From Azolla caroliniana (lineage: Eukaryota > Plantae > Polypodiophyta), in assembly GCA_043228905.1 (NCBI GenBank), contig JBHGNT010000980.1, forward strand, positions 1-13,227: a stretch of 13,227 nt of DNA. Reading direction: 5' to 3'. Shown piece by piece: positions 1-9,625 of this stretch. A model generated the notes under the pieces. The model saw only the letters and a list, made by a program, of their open reading frames with translations, was not told the DNA's origin and ran no database searches. Each line of letters begins with the position of its first letter. Within the stretch, counting starts at the first letter, position 1. Made by a program: the position numbers and the translations under genes.

Positions 1-1050
1 AACGATGATGGCAAGATTTTCTCCGCACTTGTTCTAGAGACTTGGGCAGTTGCATCCAAGAACCAACGTGAGACCCAAGAGACGGAAGGTGTCAGCGAGA
101 AGCTGAAGGTCGAAATGAATACATGCGAAAAAGGGAGAAGCATAATCAAATCTTGCTCGATCAAGAGGGTCAATGGGTACGAGGCCCATGAGATTGAAGA
201 GATAGCCACGAAAAATGACATCGAGTCAGAGGTGGCTATGGAAGAATTAATGGCAGATAGCCATGTCGAGGATTCCTTCACACAAGTTCCTGAGACTTGG
301 GCAGTTGTAGAGAGCCAACGTGAGACCCAAGAGATGGAAGGTGGTAGTAAGGGGAAGGACCAAGATGGTGTGCACAACATCGAGGCGAAGATAGATATGG
401 ACGAGTCGATGGTGACTGATGGCAGTGACAACACTTTCCCCACACTGGTTCTAGAGACTTGGGCAGTTGCGTCCGAGAACCAACATAAGACCCAAGAGAA
501 GGAAGGTGGCAACAAGGGGGAATTCAAATCTAATGTGAAAGATGACATCAAGACAAAGGTGTCGAGGCAATTGACCAAAGACAAAACGGATTCCTTCGCA
601 CATGTTCTAGAGACTTGGGCAGTTGTGGTCCAAAGCCAACGTGAGACCCAAGAGATAGAAGATGATGGCAGGGAAGCGAAGGTCCAAGCTGCTACAAATA
701 ACAATGTTGGGGAGTGGTCGACAAATACATATGGATCTCTCCACACTCGTTCTGGAGACTTGGGCATTAACTGATGTAAGACCCAAGAGAAGGAAAGTGA
801 CGACGAAGAAGCAAGGGTTGAAGTTGATGTGTGGGAGGAAGAGGTCAAGCAAAGCATAGAGACAAAAGCTGATGTGTACAACAAAGAGTCTAAGGAAATA
901 ATGACAAAGGATGATGATGGCCAAGCAAGCCATCAGGATCCAAAGGATGTGATCAAAACATCTAGAGAAGATGCTAGTGTGAAGATTTTCAACTCTAACA
1001 TGAGATTGTATCATGAAACTGGACAAAGTGAGAAACATAGAGCATGGTAG
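1..1050 (+). pseudogene. Acidic repeat-containing extra ORF (or pol C-terminal extension) in the 3' internal region of a Ty3/gypsy-type element; 5' end outside window; frameshifted after ~730
   Basis: Frame 1 is open from base 1 (NDDGKIFSALVLETWAVASKNQRETQE...) to 774. Similar E/D/K-rich sequence continues in shifted frames (662-859, 829-1050). It lies upstream of a PPT and LTR. Confidence 0.6.
31..790 (+). repeat. Five dispersed ~50-bp direct repeats GTTCTAGAGACTTGGGCAGTTG...CAACGTGAGACCCAAGAG
   Basis: Copies start at 31, 286, 448, 604 and 749, encode VLETWAV...QRETQE, and are separated by dissimilar spacers. Confidence 0.9.
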
Positions 1051-1434
1051 CGTAAGGATCTCAAAGTGGGCATGCACTTTGAAGGTACTACATGGGGTAG
1101 TCAATGTCATTATTCAGATAAAGGCTTGGGGAGAAAAACATAAAACAAAAATGTGTGATGGGTCAAAGTGCCTTGAGCAAGGAGACGATCGGGACAAAGG
1201 TGGAACATGCATAAAGCCTAAACAATTATGTTCGGAAGGAGAAAAAGGGGCCTTGACAACGAGTCATGGTAAATCCAAGAATTAGCAAATGATAGGGTGG
1301 ATTGGGTGGCAACAATGGTTCGAGTGAAGGGAATGGACATGCTCAAAAATAAGAAGAAGAAAGAATCGTACTAATCACCGCAGACGAAATCTCACACTCT
1401 CTCTTCTTGGCATGTACCGGAGGACGTGCGGTTT

Positions 1435-1446
1435 GGTGGGGGTGGA
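1435..1446 (+). other. Polypurine tract (PPT)
   Basis: GGTGGGGGTGGA directly abuts the TG start of the LTR at 1447. Confidence 0.8.
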
Positions 1447-1892
1447 TGTCGTGAAGATTTTCGGCAACGGTGAGAAAATTGCGAGGAACATACGAAATCG
1501 AGTGTGGTTCTTCACTCACAATATGAAACAGTAATAGTAAAGATACTATTTTAGATTAGTTTAATATCTTGGTACGGAAAGATGGATGTTTTCAAGAGCT
1601 TCTGAATGTACTTTACTACATTTGAAATGGACAACTAAATGTCAAGTTATGTGAATGAAAAATTTGGGAAAAATAAGAAACTTGTAATCCTATTGTTAAT
1701 ATATCTTCTCTCTTAAATCTAAAAGTTAAAAGTTCAATCTTTATCTCAATATCTCTCTTTCGTCATATCAATCTCTCTCAATCTATCTTCAATACTTTCT
1801 CACTAAAGTTAGTGCAAACTTCGAATCCTTCTGGTCCAAGACCCCGGTGGTTCCGCCTCACGATCCGCACATAGTGATGGATCTTCACGACA
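1447..1892 (+). mobile_element. 3' LTR of a Ty3/gypsy-type element (TGTCGT...ACGACA group)
   Basis: Perfect 12-bp terminal inverted repeat TGTCGTGAAGAT/ATCTTCACGACA, preceded by a PPT. Its 3' part (CTGGTCCAAGACCCCGGTGGTTCC) resembles the reverse complement of the LTR ends near 8875-8900 and 10620-10645. Copia coding sequence starts abruptly at 1893. Confidence 0.9.
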
Positions 1893-4343
1893 CCATCTCT
1901 TCGGCTTCCTGCGCGGGAAATGCACGACCGAGTCTCCACTACTCGTTGGCTCTTCATCTGACTGGTCAACCCAACTCAGTCGCTCATTCAGTCCACTTAG
2001 CCGAAATGAGATTGGACTCTCTTCAAGAGTTCCAACTTCGCGTTCATCAGGAGGCATCTCAGCCTCGGTGACCTCATCTTCAAAACTCGAATTGGAGTTG
2101 AGGTCTAGAGTCGGAGGAAAATACCAAGACGCAGACTCATCGAACACGACATCGCGACTTACGCGAGCTTGTTTGGTTCAGGGGTTATAACACTTATAAC
2201 CCTTTTGTTCGTCCAAATAGCCGACCAAGATACAGTTCTCGGCTTCCGCGTCCAGCTTCCTTCGCTTCTCCTTCCGCACATGCATATACGCGATGCTACC
2301 AAAAACCCTCAATTGTCATAGATTCAGCTTCCTTCCGAAATACAGCTCATGTGCTGACACTTTTTCGCCGATCCGATTCTGGATGTAGATCGCGCTTCGA
2401 ACCACTTCAGCCCAATAGAACTTGGGCATGCTCTTTTCTTCCAGCATTGCCCGTGCCGCTTCCACAACCGACCAATTCTTCCTTTCGGCTACGCCGTTTT
2501 GCCTCCGGCGTATACCAACAACTGAGCGCCGAATTCCCATTTGTTGCAGATAACTGTTGAATTGGCTAGAAAAGTACTCTTTTCCTCCATCTGACCGCAG
2601 ACACTTGATCTTCTTCCCTGTTTCCCTTTCGACAAGACTTTTGAGGTTCTGGAAACAGTCGAAGACTTCACTCTTCTTTTCAATGAAGGAGACGAAATAT
2701 TGACTCCGGCCAAGACTCACATTCTGGGCCGGTCCCCATACATATGAATGTATCAAGTCCAGGTTATTTTGTCTTCGATTATGCTCGATGGGGAAAGGAA
2801 GTCGGTGTTGCTTCACTAGCTGGCAGGCTTCACAAATTTGGGCGTTTCGAGCACTAAATATTGGCAATCCGAACACAACTTGTTTCAATTGTAGGTCCTG
2901 AAGCCTTTGGTAGTTGACGTGGCCTATCCGCTTATGCCACAAGTCGATATCCAACTCGAATTTTTGTCCTTTCCTGAACATGGCGGTGCCAAGGTCATTG
3001 GTGTCAAGGATGAACATCCTCCCATCTCTGCGCCCTTGCGCAATAACTTGGCCTTCTTCCTCGATGAAGCACCCGAGATGCGTGAACCGGACTTGCATCC
3101 TGTGGTCGACGATCTGTCTAATCGACACCAGATTCGTCGTAATTGTCGGGACGTGCAACATGTTCATTAGCTTCCCTTTTTGCCCGATGTGGCTGAGGGG
3201 AACTTCACTGACATGTATGATCGGATGTAGAGTGTCGTCTCCTATTGCGACTACTCCCGGTTGTTCCAGTTTTTCTAGATATGAGAAGCACTCTTTATGG
3301 TTCGTCATATTGTTTGACCTTCCAGAGTCAACTTACCACACTTCCTCCAATTTCGGGGTGGTCTTCTTCATCGAGTTCGCTTCGTGTCTTCTCACGAAGG
3401 CTGCCCCCTTTCCGACTTTTTCGGATCCTTCGGCGTAGTGCGTCCGTTGCCGATTTCCTTGTTCGGTTGGTCCGGATCCGGATCCGGTTTTCTCCAAATC
3501 GGCGTGCTTCTTCTAGCACTCACTCTCCTTGTGGCCTTTCTTGCCACAATACCAACATTCCATGGCGTGTTTCCCTTGCCGGTTCTCGTCGCCTCCTCGA
3601 TTCCCCCTACTTCCGGAGGGTCCGGAATTGCTGTCGGCATCACCACAATGCCTTCTTCCTTGCTCCTGTCGGCCGCCTCCATTGCGCGCCGACTCTCCTC
3701 TTCTGCCACGACCACGGGGCCTATCTCCCTCCGTGTACATCTTGTTGTCGGCGTGCGTACTTGTCGACGCACCCACGTGATTCTCCTCTACAAGGAGCAT
3801 CGACTGCAAGTCAAAAAATGACGACGTATTCTCCCTTGTACAAACAACAGTTCGGAATGCTTCGAACTTCGATGCCAATCCTCCAAGACAGATCTGCACC
3901 ATTTCGCCCTCCTCAACGTTCACATTGTTGGAGACGAGGGAGTCATAGATATCCTTTATCTTGGAGGTGTAGTCAGCCACCGTCATGTCGCGCTGACGCA
4001 CATTGCTCAACTCCTATCAGAGTTGGAGCTTCCTGGCTGTGGTGCTTGCGGCGAAAATCTTTTTGAGATTTCCCGAAGCATCCTTCGGCATTCTTGCATC
4101 CCAAATGTTGCTCAAGAGCTATTCGCTCACACAGGGCGCAAAGCAGTAGAGAACTCTGCTCGCCGACTATTCCCAGGCCGGAAAGTCTCTTGGTGTCAAT
4201 TTAGGTGCTGCATCATTCGCTCCATCGACATAGCTCCAGTATCCATGTCCGAGCAGGTACTGGTCCATCTTGTACGACCAAGATGCGTAGTTACTTCTGT
4301 CGAGCTTCTCCGTTGGAAGCAAACTAGCCATACCTCTATCCAT
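1893..4343 (-). pseudogene. Ty1/copia A gag-protease-integrase pseudogene, cut before RT by the 1447-1892 insertion
   Basis: Gag N-terminus MDRGMASLLPTEKLDRSNYASWSYKM; zinc knuckle CWYCGKKGHKESEC; protease W*VDSGRSNNMT; GAG-pre-integrase LWHKRIGH...CEAC; integrase LIHSYVWGP, LRSDGGKEY, QNGVAERKN; then VFDES. Several stops and frameshifts. Confidence 0.95.
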
Positions 4344-4425
4344 TTTTTCCCCTTTTTGTTCTTCACTGAGATTAGTTTTTTTTTGTTTCGAGCTGAAGTC
4401 GGCTATAGAGGTTCTCAACCCTCGC

Positions 4426-4437
4426 GCTCTAATACCA
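4426..4437 (-). other. Primer-binding site, tRNA-iMet type (copia A)
   Basis: Minus strand reads TGGTATTAGAGC (one mismatch to TGGTATCAGAGC), right after the LTR end ...TTTCACA. Confidence 0.9.
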
Positions 4438-4856
4438 TGTGAAATGTTTACGTGCGGAAGCTATATGAAACACTGAATACCAACAGGGAAAAACAGGTTT
4501 AATGGAGAGCTTGAGACACAATGTACGCGGGAGACACAGAGAACGAGTGAACAGACAGAAAAAACTAAATTCAAAATAATGTGTAAAACTACATACATAG
4601 GATGTGCTCTGAGAGCACCTTTATTCAAGTCCATACGGACTGACAAAAGTACTGACATGTACTAGAATGCTCATAACTGAGCTCCTACACTAACTCCCAA
4701 ATATATTCCCTTGCGGAATATCTGTTCAATGGCCTTCCAGTTTCTACATCGATCCGGCCTCTTGTTGCACACCAGTTTACGCACCGATCCGGCCTAACCA
4801 ATCTGGTTCTCAGCTTGCACAGCCAATCCAACCAATGTTGAGCTTGTATCTCAACA
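4438..4856 (-). mobile_element. 5' LTR of copia A
   Basis: Minus strand runs TGTTGAG...TTTCACA and abuts the PBS. Bases 4620-4675 are homologous to 6425-6482 and 6190-6220. The outer boundary is inferred from TG/CA termini only. Confidence 0.75.
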
Positions 4857-4913
4857 CTTCGTCCGTGGCATATTTCTATGACATTATCCTTCCTCTAAGG
4901 CCGCTTCCTAACA
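4857..4913 (-). mobile_element. Short terminal remnant of another LTR (TGTTAGGAAG...), host of the copia A insertion
   Basis: Minus strand begins TGTTAGGAA exactly where gypsy coding similarity stops. The same 9-mer terminus (TTCCTAACA) occurs at 5380-5388. Confidence 0.5.
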
Positions 4914-5235
4914 CCCGCAGCCAGTTTATGAGGGCTGCGACGGAGGAGGTTGTCGTCCCGGAATGCGAGAAGGATGCTAGGGTTCGAGGAGAGAGACGTG
5001 GAAAACATTGTGAAGCCGAAATGTGGGGGAAAGCGCTAACCGGAAGGTGATTGGGTTAACCCGCTCGAGGATACGGAAGGGGCCTAGCTTTCGGTAGTCG
5101 AGCTTCGCGCAGGGACATGTGGTTGCGATGTGGCGACGTAGTGACGTAGCAGCCAAACCATGCCACCGACTGTGAAGGTCGGAGCGACCAAGCAAAGTCG
5201 GTCAACGTGAGCTTTATATTGTTTGCCAACGGCAC
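4914..5235 (-). pseudogene. Ty3/gypsy integrase C-terminal (GPY/F, Tf2-1-like SH3) fragment, chromovirus-like
   Basis: KQYKAHVDR...PTFTVGGMVWLL, then after a frameshift RRHIATTCPCAKLDYRKLGPFRILERVNPITFRLALSPTFRLHNVFHVSLLEP*HPSRIPGRQPPP. Confidence 0.9.
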
Positions 5236-5388
5236 GCCTTGTATATTCTTTCACATAATATATCGTTGTCATCATCATTCTCTCTCTCTCTCTCCTTCTC
5301 TCAAGTGTTCTACACCCTCTTTTCCTCCTAGTACTAATATTCATCTCTTAGTACTAATTTCCTCTTTGTATCAATACTATTCCTAACA
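5236..5388 (+). mobile_element. 3' part of a 5' LTR ending ...ATACTATTCCTAACA
   Basis: Pyrimidine-rich segment ending in CA, with a terminus matching the TGTTAGGAA inverted repeat. It is followed by a short leader and a gag-like ORF start. Left boundary approximate. Confidence 0.5.
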
Positions 5389-5483
5389 GTTTGAACCGAT
5401 TTTTTCCTCCTCTCCTCTTCCTTTTATCTTTTTATGTCTCCCTCCCTTCATACTAATCTCTTATTCCTCATTCCTCTCATCCT

Positions 5484-5675
5484 ATGGCCACTGTTAGCAC
5501 TCAAGAATATCAATCCATTTTCTCGGAGTTGCAATGCTTGAAAGAGAAGTTCCTTGCTTCGGAACAAGAAAATCAATGGTTGTTGGGGGATCTTCAACAA
5601 ATCTCCTTAGAAAAGCAGCAGGCGCAACAACAACATGGGGAACTATCGTTGCGCGTGCAACAACTCGAAAGTCAA
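5484..5675 (+). pseudogene. Probable gypsy gag N-terminus (coiled-coil), truncated
   Basis: MATVSTQEYQSIFSELQCLKEKFLASEQENQWLLGDLQQISLEKQQAQQQHGELSLRVQQLESQ is heptad-like and Q/E/L-rich. It starts ~95 bp after a putative LTR end and then runs into antisense copia gag. Confidence 0.5.
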
Positions 5676-5900
5676 GTATTTGATCATGCACACAGGACAC
5701 GAGGGAGTACAACACCCTACTCACTCCTTGTTCTCATACCGAGAATTCCTTGTGTTCCGGCTCCGACACTACTTTTCTCCTTCGACATAACTCCAGTAAT
5801 CGTGCCCCAGCAGGTACTGGTGCATCTTGTACAACCAAGATGCATAGTTGTTCCTGTCGAGCTTCTTAGTCGGAAGCGAGCTTGCCATCCCTTTGTCCAT
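5676..5900 (-). pseudogene. Copia B gag N-terminal fragment
   Basis: MDKGMASSLPTKKLDRNNYASWLYKMHQYLLGHDYWSYVEG...SRVLYSLVSCVHDQIL is homologous to copia A gag. Confidence 0.9.
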
Positions 5901-5986
5901 ATCTTGTTACTGATCTTAACGGGTGTTAAGTTTGGGTTTGTCTTTGACGATTCGCTTCTTGGCAGTAGAGGATTGTGAACCCTCAC

Positions 5987-5998
5987 GCTCTGATACCA
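5987..5998 (-). other. Primer-binding site, tRNA-iMet type (copia B)
   Basis: Minus strand TGGTATCAGAGC after ...TTTCACA. Confidence 0.95.
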
Positions 5999-6340
5999 TG
6001 TGAAAGCTAATGTGCGGAAGCTTAGACAAACCGGCTCAGTTGGATAACAACAAAAAATATAACTAACATTTAATGGAAAGCTTGAATTACACACACATGG
6101 AGTACGTGAGAGAGACAGAGAGAGCAGAAAAACATAAAACTCAAATTACAAATAATTACTCTGTACATAGAATGTGTTTAGTGCGCACTTTTATACAAGT
6201 CCTTAAAAGGACTGACAGAATGTTGAGCAGAAAAGCTCAACCGAATCTAGATCAGCTAAATAAGCTGGAGACGGATTGGTATCTGAAACGGAGAACTGGA
6301 TAGGTATCTAGAACCAAGAGCCGCATCGGAGAGACGTATC
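5999..6340 (-). mobile_element. 5' LTR of copia B (outer end not resolved)
   Basis: Abuts the PBS. Minus strand contains TGTCAGTCCTTTTAAGGACTTGTATAAAAG, shared with the copia C LTR. Confidence 0.7.
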
Positions 6341-6389
6341 AGATTGTAACCGGTAGGCCATTAAAGGCCTACAATCGTAGCCTAGTATG

Positions 6390-6676
6390 TAGGCATATTC
6401 ATTGGAGTTTGTGTCAGTCGTTCGTATGAGCATTGAAGTACTTGTTAGTATTTTTGTCAGTCCTTTAAAGGACTTGTATAAAAAAGTGTTATGTAGGAAA
6501 TTTGTAGATACAGAGTGTTGTTATTTTGGATAGAGTTTTTTTTTACAATTTAGCTCTCTCTCTGTCTCTCCCGCATACTGTGTATTCTCAAGCTTCTATT
6601 AAACCTTCATTTTTGTTTACTATTGTTATCTGGCTGAGCCGGTTTGTCTACAAGCTTCCACACGAAATTCTTCACA
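6390..6676 (+). mobile_element. 5' LTR of copia C (outer end not resolved)
   Basis: Ends TTCACA before the PBS, has TATAAAA at ~6477, and is homologous to the copia A and B LTRs. Confidence 0.75.
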
Positions 6677-6688
6677 TGGTATCAGAGC
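6677..6688 (+). other. Primer-binding site, tRNA-iMet type (copia C)
   Basis: TGGTATCAGAGC immediately after the LTR CA. Confidence 0.95.
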
Positions 6689-6775
6689 GTGAGGGTTGAG
6701 AACCTCTTATGCCAACAACTGCTCAAAACGGACAAACCCTAATCATCGGTAAAGAACCAAAGAGAGAAGAAAGAT

Positions 6776-7594
6776 ATGGACAGAAGCATGTTGAGCTCGC
6801 TTCCTACAGAAATGCTCGACCAGAGGAACTATGCGTCCTGGTTGTATAAAATGCACCAGTACCTACTAAGGCATGGATACTAGAGCTTTGTGGAAGGAGC
6901 AAATGTAGCGGTGCCGGATTCAGCACACAAGGACTTCCCGACATGGGATCAAGGAGTGAGTAGAGTGTTATATTGTCTCGCGTCCTGTGTGCACGACTAG
7001 ATGCTCGGCTACATCAGAGATGCAAAGTCGCTCAAGGAGACCTAGGAAAATCTCCGGAAGATTTTCGCTGCAAGTACCATGGCTCGGAAGTTGCAACTCT
7101 GGCAAGAGCTCACCAGTATCCGGCAATGGGACATGTTGGTCTAGATCTACCTCAGTGGTCTAACACAACGGTACATGCCAATCTGCATGGTAATTTGCAC
7201 CCGGGAGAAGCCACCGTCCTTCTTCGACCTGTAGTTGATGTTGATGGTCGAAGAAAACCACACAAGTGGGTCGAGGACCACTCAATCAAACAACCGGATG
7301 TTGTACACGGAGGCGTATCATCCGCGTGGGAGTGGAGGATGAGGTGGGTTGGCACGCAATAGCGGCGCCTGGCAAGAGTAGAACCAAAGGCTTGGAGATA
7401 GGGCCCACGGTAGTTTCGAACCCTCCACAAGCAAGGGGAGTCAAATCGGCGCCGGAAACCGGCAAGGGAAGGCCTACACAGAATGCTCCTATTGTGGCAA
7501 GAAAGGACACCGGATATCAAGTACGAGAAGAAGTGAACAGATTCAGATAAATATGGATCCACTAAGACCAAACAAGGGAACCAACAAAGCCCGT
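6776..7594 (+). pseudogene. Copia C gag pseudogene (part 1)
   Basis: MDRSMLSSLPTEMLDQRNYASWLYKMHQYLLRHGY*SFVEG...ARKLQL, an internal deletion near 7145 relative to copia A, then CTREKPPSFFDL and the knuckle ECSYCGKKGH. Many TAG stops. Confidence 0.9.
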
Positions 7595-8280
7595 TGTTGT
7601 GGCGTGGCTTGCCTAGAAGCGCAACATTGCGTAGACAGAAGATAACGGGAAAGTGAGGAAGGAATCGCTGGGATTTCGGACAGAAGAGATGAAAGAGTGG
7701 AAATATATAAATAGTGATCAACAAGATAGGATGTAAAAGGATAATTGAGGGAATGTAAGAAATTTATAATTATTTCATGAAAGAGTTACAAAATGGTTGT
7801 GAGCGTCGTTGAACCGTCGAACTTTGTCTCACAAGGTAGTCACTCTTCTCTTTCTTGAAAGTAGACCACAATCTTCCCTTCTATCTTTCGATGAGGATAA
7901 CACTTGAACCTCCGCCTTTTCGTTGCGAGTTGAGCACCGCCGCCGCCAAGCTAGTTCTTCCCTTGTCTTTTAAAGATTGTATATAGCTTTTACCTTCTCT
8001 CCCTCTTTCTCTGTTATGATATCTCTTACAATATAATTTTGTTCAATTGCATACAATAATTTTATTCAATATGATTGATTGATTCCTTGATGTCCTTGTG
8101 ACTATACTCCCTTCTCCTTTTATAGGAAGGGGATGGTTTTGCATGTGGGCCATATGTCACACATGCAAAGAGGGCTCTTGCATGTGTGCTATATGGTGCA
8201 CATGTAGTACATTACATGGTTTAGAGTCTAGACTATACAATGCTACTTCAAATAAAATAACACATTTTTTTTTACACATA

Positions 8281-8353
8281 ATGAGGATTGGCTAAATGGT
8301 AGGCTTTGAGGTTCATAATGTGGAGGTTGTTAGTTCAAGTCTTCTCTCGCCCA
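8281..8353 (+). pseudogene. Degenerate tRNA-like sequence (CAT at anticodon position)
   Basis: A-box-like TGGCTAAATGGTAGG, TTCATAA loop, GGAGGTT variable region and B-box-like AGTTCAAGTC at tRNA spacing. Stems pair poorly. Confidence 0.6.
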
Positions 8354-8464
8354 TATAATACAATATATGGTGTACATGTAGTACATTATATGGTTTAGGA
8401 TTTAAACCATACAATATTAATTCAAATAAAGCAAGACGTATGGTTTATATATATATATATACTA

Positions 8465-8517
8465 CAAGTATATGGTAAATGGTAAGGTTTCAGCGTCATA
8501 CGCTGGGGGTTATTGGT
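8465..8517 (+). pseudogene. 3'-truncated tRNA-like sequence (CAT anticodon arm)
   Basis: TGGTAAATGGTAAG, then the hairpin TCAGC-GTCATAC-GCTGG (7-nt loop, CAT central). It is cut before the T-loop by an AT-rich microsatellite. Confidence 0.5.
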
Positions 8518-8554
8518 AATATATATATTTATTTATTTATTTATTTATTTATTT
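8518..8554. repeat. (TA)n/(TTTA)n microsatellite; another (TA)n at ~8446-8461
   Basis: Directly visible. Confidence 0.9.
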
Positions 8555-8694
8555 GCCTCTACATATAATGTATAATATTATCATAGTGTGTTTTTAATAT
8601 TACCTTTATAAAACATTATCAAGATATATTTTATTTTAGTTACGTATTTATCTTATTGTAGACTTTTAATGTGAAGCTTTCGTACTTCACGACA

Positions 8695-8836
8695 TCGCAC
8701 TACGTAGAAGAGTCGGAAGGATCCGGAATCGGAAAGACCAGTAAAGGGCCAACCTTTATGATGAAGCAGAAGGTGAACTCAATGAAGAAGACCACCTCCG
8801 AATTGGAAGAAATGTGGTACATTGACTCTGGTGCGT
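8695..8836 (+). pseudogene. Copia C gag-protease linker (part 2)
   Basis: SHYVEESEGSG...NSMKKTTSELEEMWYIDSGA, ending in the protease active-site motif at the next LTR. Confidence 0.9.
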
Positions 8837-9625
8837 TGTCGTGCCTTTCGGCTCCGGATCGTTGCGTGAGTCGGGTGGGAACCGCCGAGGTTTTGGACTA
8901 GGAGAAAGAAGAATATGAGATGAGGCTAGTAATGAATAGATTATTAGAAAGAGAGATAGAAATTTCGTGAATCCCACGAGTGTATTGTATTCGATTAATC
9001 AATATTTAGATAAGAATATGTATTTAGATTGAAAGAAAGATATAAGAAACTTGTGAATCCCACAAGTATAGATTATATTATTTTCGTGAATCCCACGATT
9101 ATATTAATCGGTTGGTGTTTTCGGAAATATATCCAATTTCCAAATATTTCACACACTATTACATTGTGCTCCCCATCCTTATGTAGTGATGGGAGAGACT
9201 AAGCATAGCTACATGCTTTTTCTTCTAATATGTTCATGCACACTAAATGTGCATGTGATGCTTTTCTAATCCTTGCTTTTATTTGCTAAATATAGTGCTC
9301 ATGCACGCTAGATGTGCACGAGTCACTTTTTAGTTGCTTGCGTTTTTTCTATAAAATATTCACACACTCTAAAAATGCACGATTTACCTTTTAATAAAGG
9401 TAGGCGCAAATAAAGCACTTATAGTTATTAAATCTATTTATAGAACACTAAAGATAAGGTAGCATAATGGTAAAGTTGAGGTTTGGCTACGTGGAGGTAC
9501 AAGGTTCGAATCCTGCCCTATGCACGTGATAAATATCTTGATATATTATTTTATTTATTTATATGTAATTAAATCGGTTATATTATTTTTACTTTTTCAC
9601 GTAGTGTACGAAATACACTACGACA
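8837..9625 (-). mobile_element. Solo LTR (789 bp) with non-matching flanks, same family as 10580-11283
   Basis: TGTCGTGCC...CACTACGACA, colinear with 10580-11283. No PBS or PPT adjacent. Left flank is copia protease and right flank is gypsy gag. Confidence 0.9.
9452..9524 (+). pseudogene. tRNA-like Pol III type-2 promoter module within the LTR U3
   Basis: A box TAGCATAATGG (9460-9470), consensus B box GGTTCGAATCC (9503-9513), and 3' CCTATGCA partly complementary to 5' ATAAGG. No clean anticodon arm. Confidence 0.7.

Larger units (their letters stand above)
8190..8517 (+). repeat. Diverged tandem duplication (~174-bp period) within the LTR, each unit ending in a tRNA-like segment
   Basis: TATATGGTG(C/T)ACATGTAGTACATTA(C/T)ATGGTTTAG...TTCAAATAAA occurs at 8190 and 8364. 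Confidence 0.85.
7595..8694 (-). mobile_element. Solo LTR (~1.1 kb, TGTCGT...ACGACA group) inserted in copia C
   Basis: Termini TGTTGTG (+) and CTTCACGACA. The minus-strand start TGTCGTGAAG equals the start of the 1447 LTR. Minus-strand TATAAAA at ~8118-8124. Removing it plus 4 bp restores copia C colinearity (NQQSSHY versus NRQRTHY in copia A). Confidence 0.8.

Noticed and set aside
31-790. CRISPR array (repeats with unique spacers)
   Set aside because: Repeats are degenerate and in-frame coding, spacers are ~95-205 bp and uneven, there are no cas genes, and the context is a eukaryotic retrotransposon.
1818-1828. B-box-like CTTCGAATCC in the 1447-1892 LTR
   Set aside because: It lacks the GG/GT start, has no A box at suitable spacing, and has the wrong position and orientation compared with the other modules.
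1809-2147. 112-aa ORF as an independent gene
   Set aside because: It is the copia integrase-RT linker reading into the inserted LTR after ...KPKRW.
2907-4442. Long plus-strand ORFs (174, 273, 145 and 139 aa)
   Set aside because: They are antisense shadows of copia A coding sequence with no recognisable motifs.
5484-5978. 164-aa ORF as a real gene
   Set aside because: It is a chance read-through from a gag-like start into the antisense strand of copia B gag.
8281-9524. Functional tRNA genes
   Set aside because: Acceptor, anticodon or T stems are broken or truncated in every copy, so they are reported as tRNA-like modules only.
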